The translations under genes and the position numbers were made by a program. Below are positions 62,853-64,000 of a DNA stretch of 64,000 nt, in pieces (position 1 is the stretch's first letter; every line of letters starts with the position of its first letter). The notes under the pieces are model-generated. The model was not told where the DNA came from. It saw only the letters and a program-made list of their open reading frames with translations, and ran no database searches. This stretch comes from Gemmatimonadales bacterium (lineage in GTDB: Bacteria; Gemmatimonadota; Gemmatimonadetes; Gemmatimonadales; GWC2-71-9), in NCBI GenBank assembly GCA_035279705.1, contig DATEHG010000111.1:39101-103100 (forward strand). Reading direction: 5' to 3'.

Positions 62853-63223
62853 TGGTTACCCTGCCGATCGCTCCGTTCACCATCGGGCCCGAGCCCACCC
62901 TGCTGGCCCCCCTGATGCCGGATGCCCCCTGGCGCGCCTTCGCGGTCAAGATCGATCTCGCTCGCGTGGTCGTGGCCCATGGGGTGGCGATCACCCTGGC
63001 CTACTCCACCGACGGTGGGATGACCTGGCAGGAGTTCATGCACGCCACCATCGGGGACGGCGTGGCGGTCGACAAGCAGGGGGTGACCCACACCGTCTCC
63101 GATCTCGTGTGGTGGTACCAGGACCATGAGCCAGCGCAGGATCCCGACGGGGTTCAGCTCGGCGCGTTCGTCCGCTCGGACATGCCCGTCCTCTCGGACG
63201 GCGGCGTGCTGGTGGTGGGCTAA
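62852..63223 (+). CDS. Phage hypothetical protein (123 aa)
   Basis: TGATG coupling upstream and downstream. Confidence 0.5.
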   Translation: MVTLPIAPFTIGPEPTLLAPLMPDAPWRAFAVKIDLARVVVAHGVAITLAYSTDGGMTWQEFMHATIGDGVAVDKQGVTHTVSDLVWWYQDHEPAQDPDGVQLGAFVRSDMPVLSDGGVLVVG

Positions 63224-63993
63224 TGGCCTGGACACGCACGACCGGCGGCTCCGCCAGCACCGGCGTCACCAACGTGACCTCCTTGACGGCCACCCTCGGC
63301 GGCGCCGTCTCCGTGGGCGACACGGTCTGCTACGGCTGGTGCAATGCGGACAGCGCGGGCTCCACGACCGTCGTGGTCGATGACCAGCTCGGGAACACCT
63401 ACGCGCCTGCGTCCGCATCCCAGCAGCGAGACACGACCAACCAGGAGCGGGTCGGCGTCGGGAAGTCGATTATCACGTCGGCCGGCACCCCGCAGGTCCG
63501 GATCCGGTACAACCCGACGCCCGGGACCACGCAGGGGCAGTACACCACGCTGGTCGCGGACGCCTTCACCGGTTCCGACGCGAGCAGCACGCTCGACAGC
63601 AACGGGGCGGCGCAGGTCCAGGCGACCCCGGGCACCGGCACCGATGGCGTGAGCAGCGGCAACCTCACGACCACGATCGCCGATGGCTGCCTGATCTATG
63701 CCGCCAGTGTCAGTACCTCGAACATCAACCTGAACGACCTGACGGTCGGCACGGGGTACACGCTGGGCCAGGTGGTCGGCAGCGGCACCACGGTCTACCT
63801 CCGCACGGAGTACAAGACTCAGGCCAGCAAGGGCGCCGTGGCGGGCACCTTCACCTCGAGTGCCAACGTCGCCCACGTGACCGCGGCGATCGCGATCACG
63901 CCGGCGGCGGGTGGCGGGGGCAGCCCGCCCACGATCAGCAAGCGGCCGATCGTCGGCCCTGATGCCGCGCTGATGCGCGCCGCGACCTGGTGA
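63223..63993 (+). CDS. Beta-rich lectin-like phage protein (256 aa)
   Basis: Thr/Gly/Ser-rich beta pattern similar in style to 53301..54215 and 61161..62852. Stop at 63993, just before the window end. Confidence 0.55.
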   Translation: MAWTRTTGGSASTGVTNVTSLTATLGGAVSVGDTVCYGWCNADSAGSTTVVVDDQLGNTYAPASASQQRDTTNQERVGVGKSIITSAGTPQVRIRYNPTPGTTQGQYTTLVADAFTGSDASSTLDSNGAAQVQATPGTGTDGVSSGNLTTTIADGCLIYAASVSTSNINLNDLTVGTGYTLGQVVGSGTTVYLRTEYKTQASKGAVAGTFTSSANVAHVTAAIAITPAAGGGGSPPTISKRPIVGPDAALMRAATW

Positions 63994-64000
63994 ACTGAAT

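Larger units (their letters stand above)
35905..64000 (+). mobile_element. Integrated tailed prophage (siphovirus-like, lambda-type packaging/head module), left junction at the tRNA-Leu fragment; right end beyond the window
   Basis: About 42 co-oriented, overlapping plus-strand genes with recognisable replication, terminase, portal, protease/capsid, tail and lysis-like modules. The strand polarity switches from the host block at the tRNA remnant. Confidence 0.85.

Noticed and set aside
53301-63993. A diversity-generating retroelement targeting the lectin-like tail genes.
   Set aside because: No reverse-transcriptase ORF is present, and I could not identify a template/variable repeat pair by eye in the window. 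This cannot be excluded for the region beyond 64 kb. A systematic self-alignment would settle it.

Overview
High-GC (~65-68%) chromosome segment from a diderm bacterium, in two parts. (1) Positions 1-35.7 kb are a housekeeping core, almost all on the minus strand. It carries mreB (partial), dut, ald, an M16 peptidase, pnp and rpsO, then a stand-alone Ser/Thr kinase on the plus strand. Next comes the conserved rpsB-tsf-pyrH-frr-uppS-cdsA-dxr-rseP block and rplM-rpsI. After that: a split acyl-CoA carboxylase operon with an embedded RumA-type RNA methyltransferase, rpsA, an outer-membrane barrel gene, cmk-aroA-tyrA, a plus-strand CheY-like regulator/pseudopilin trio, otsA-otsB-GH15, and two hypotheticals. 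(2) At 35905-35957 lies the 3' half of a class-II tRNA-Leu(UAA), a likely att core. From 36.1 kb to the window end there is an unbroken plus-strand array of about 42 tightly coupled genes forming a tailed prophage. Its modules are replisome organizer with in-gene iterons, DnaB, Nu1-like TerS, GpA-type TerL, lambda-type portal, an S49 protease-scaffold-HK97 capsid fusion ORF, tail tube, G/GT chaperone with a T_TTT_TTC slippery site, tape measure, tip proteins, a lysis-like cassette, and a block of unknown or lectin-like genes. No integrase, repressor or second att copy is visible, so the right end is outside the window. No rRNA, intact tRNA or CRISPR array was seen. The most unusual non-genic signal is a set of arrays of exactly four tandem 7- or 8-nt units, usually followed by GG. 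They sit in short spacers of housekeeping operons, and several form long hairpins. Most long ORFs antisense to the called genes are treated as GC-bias artefacts. All functional calls rest on motif and family recognition by eye; no database search was possible.
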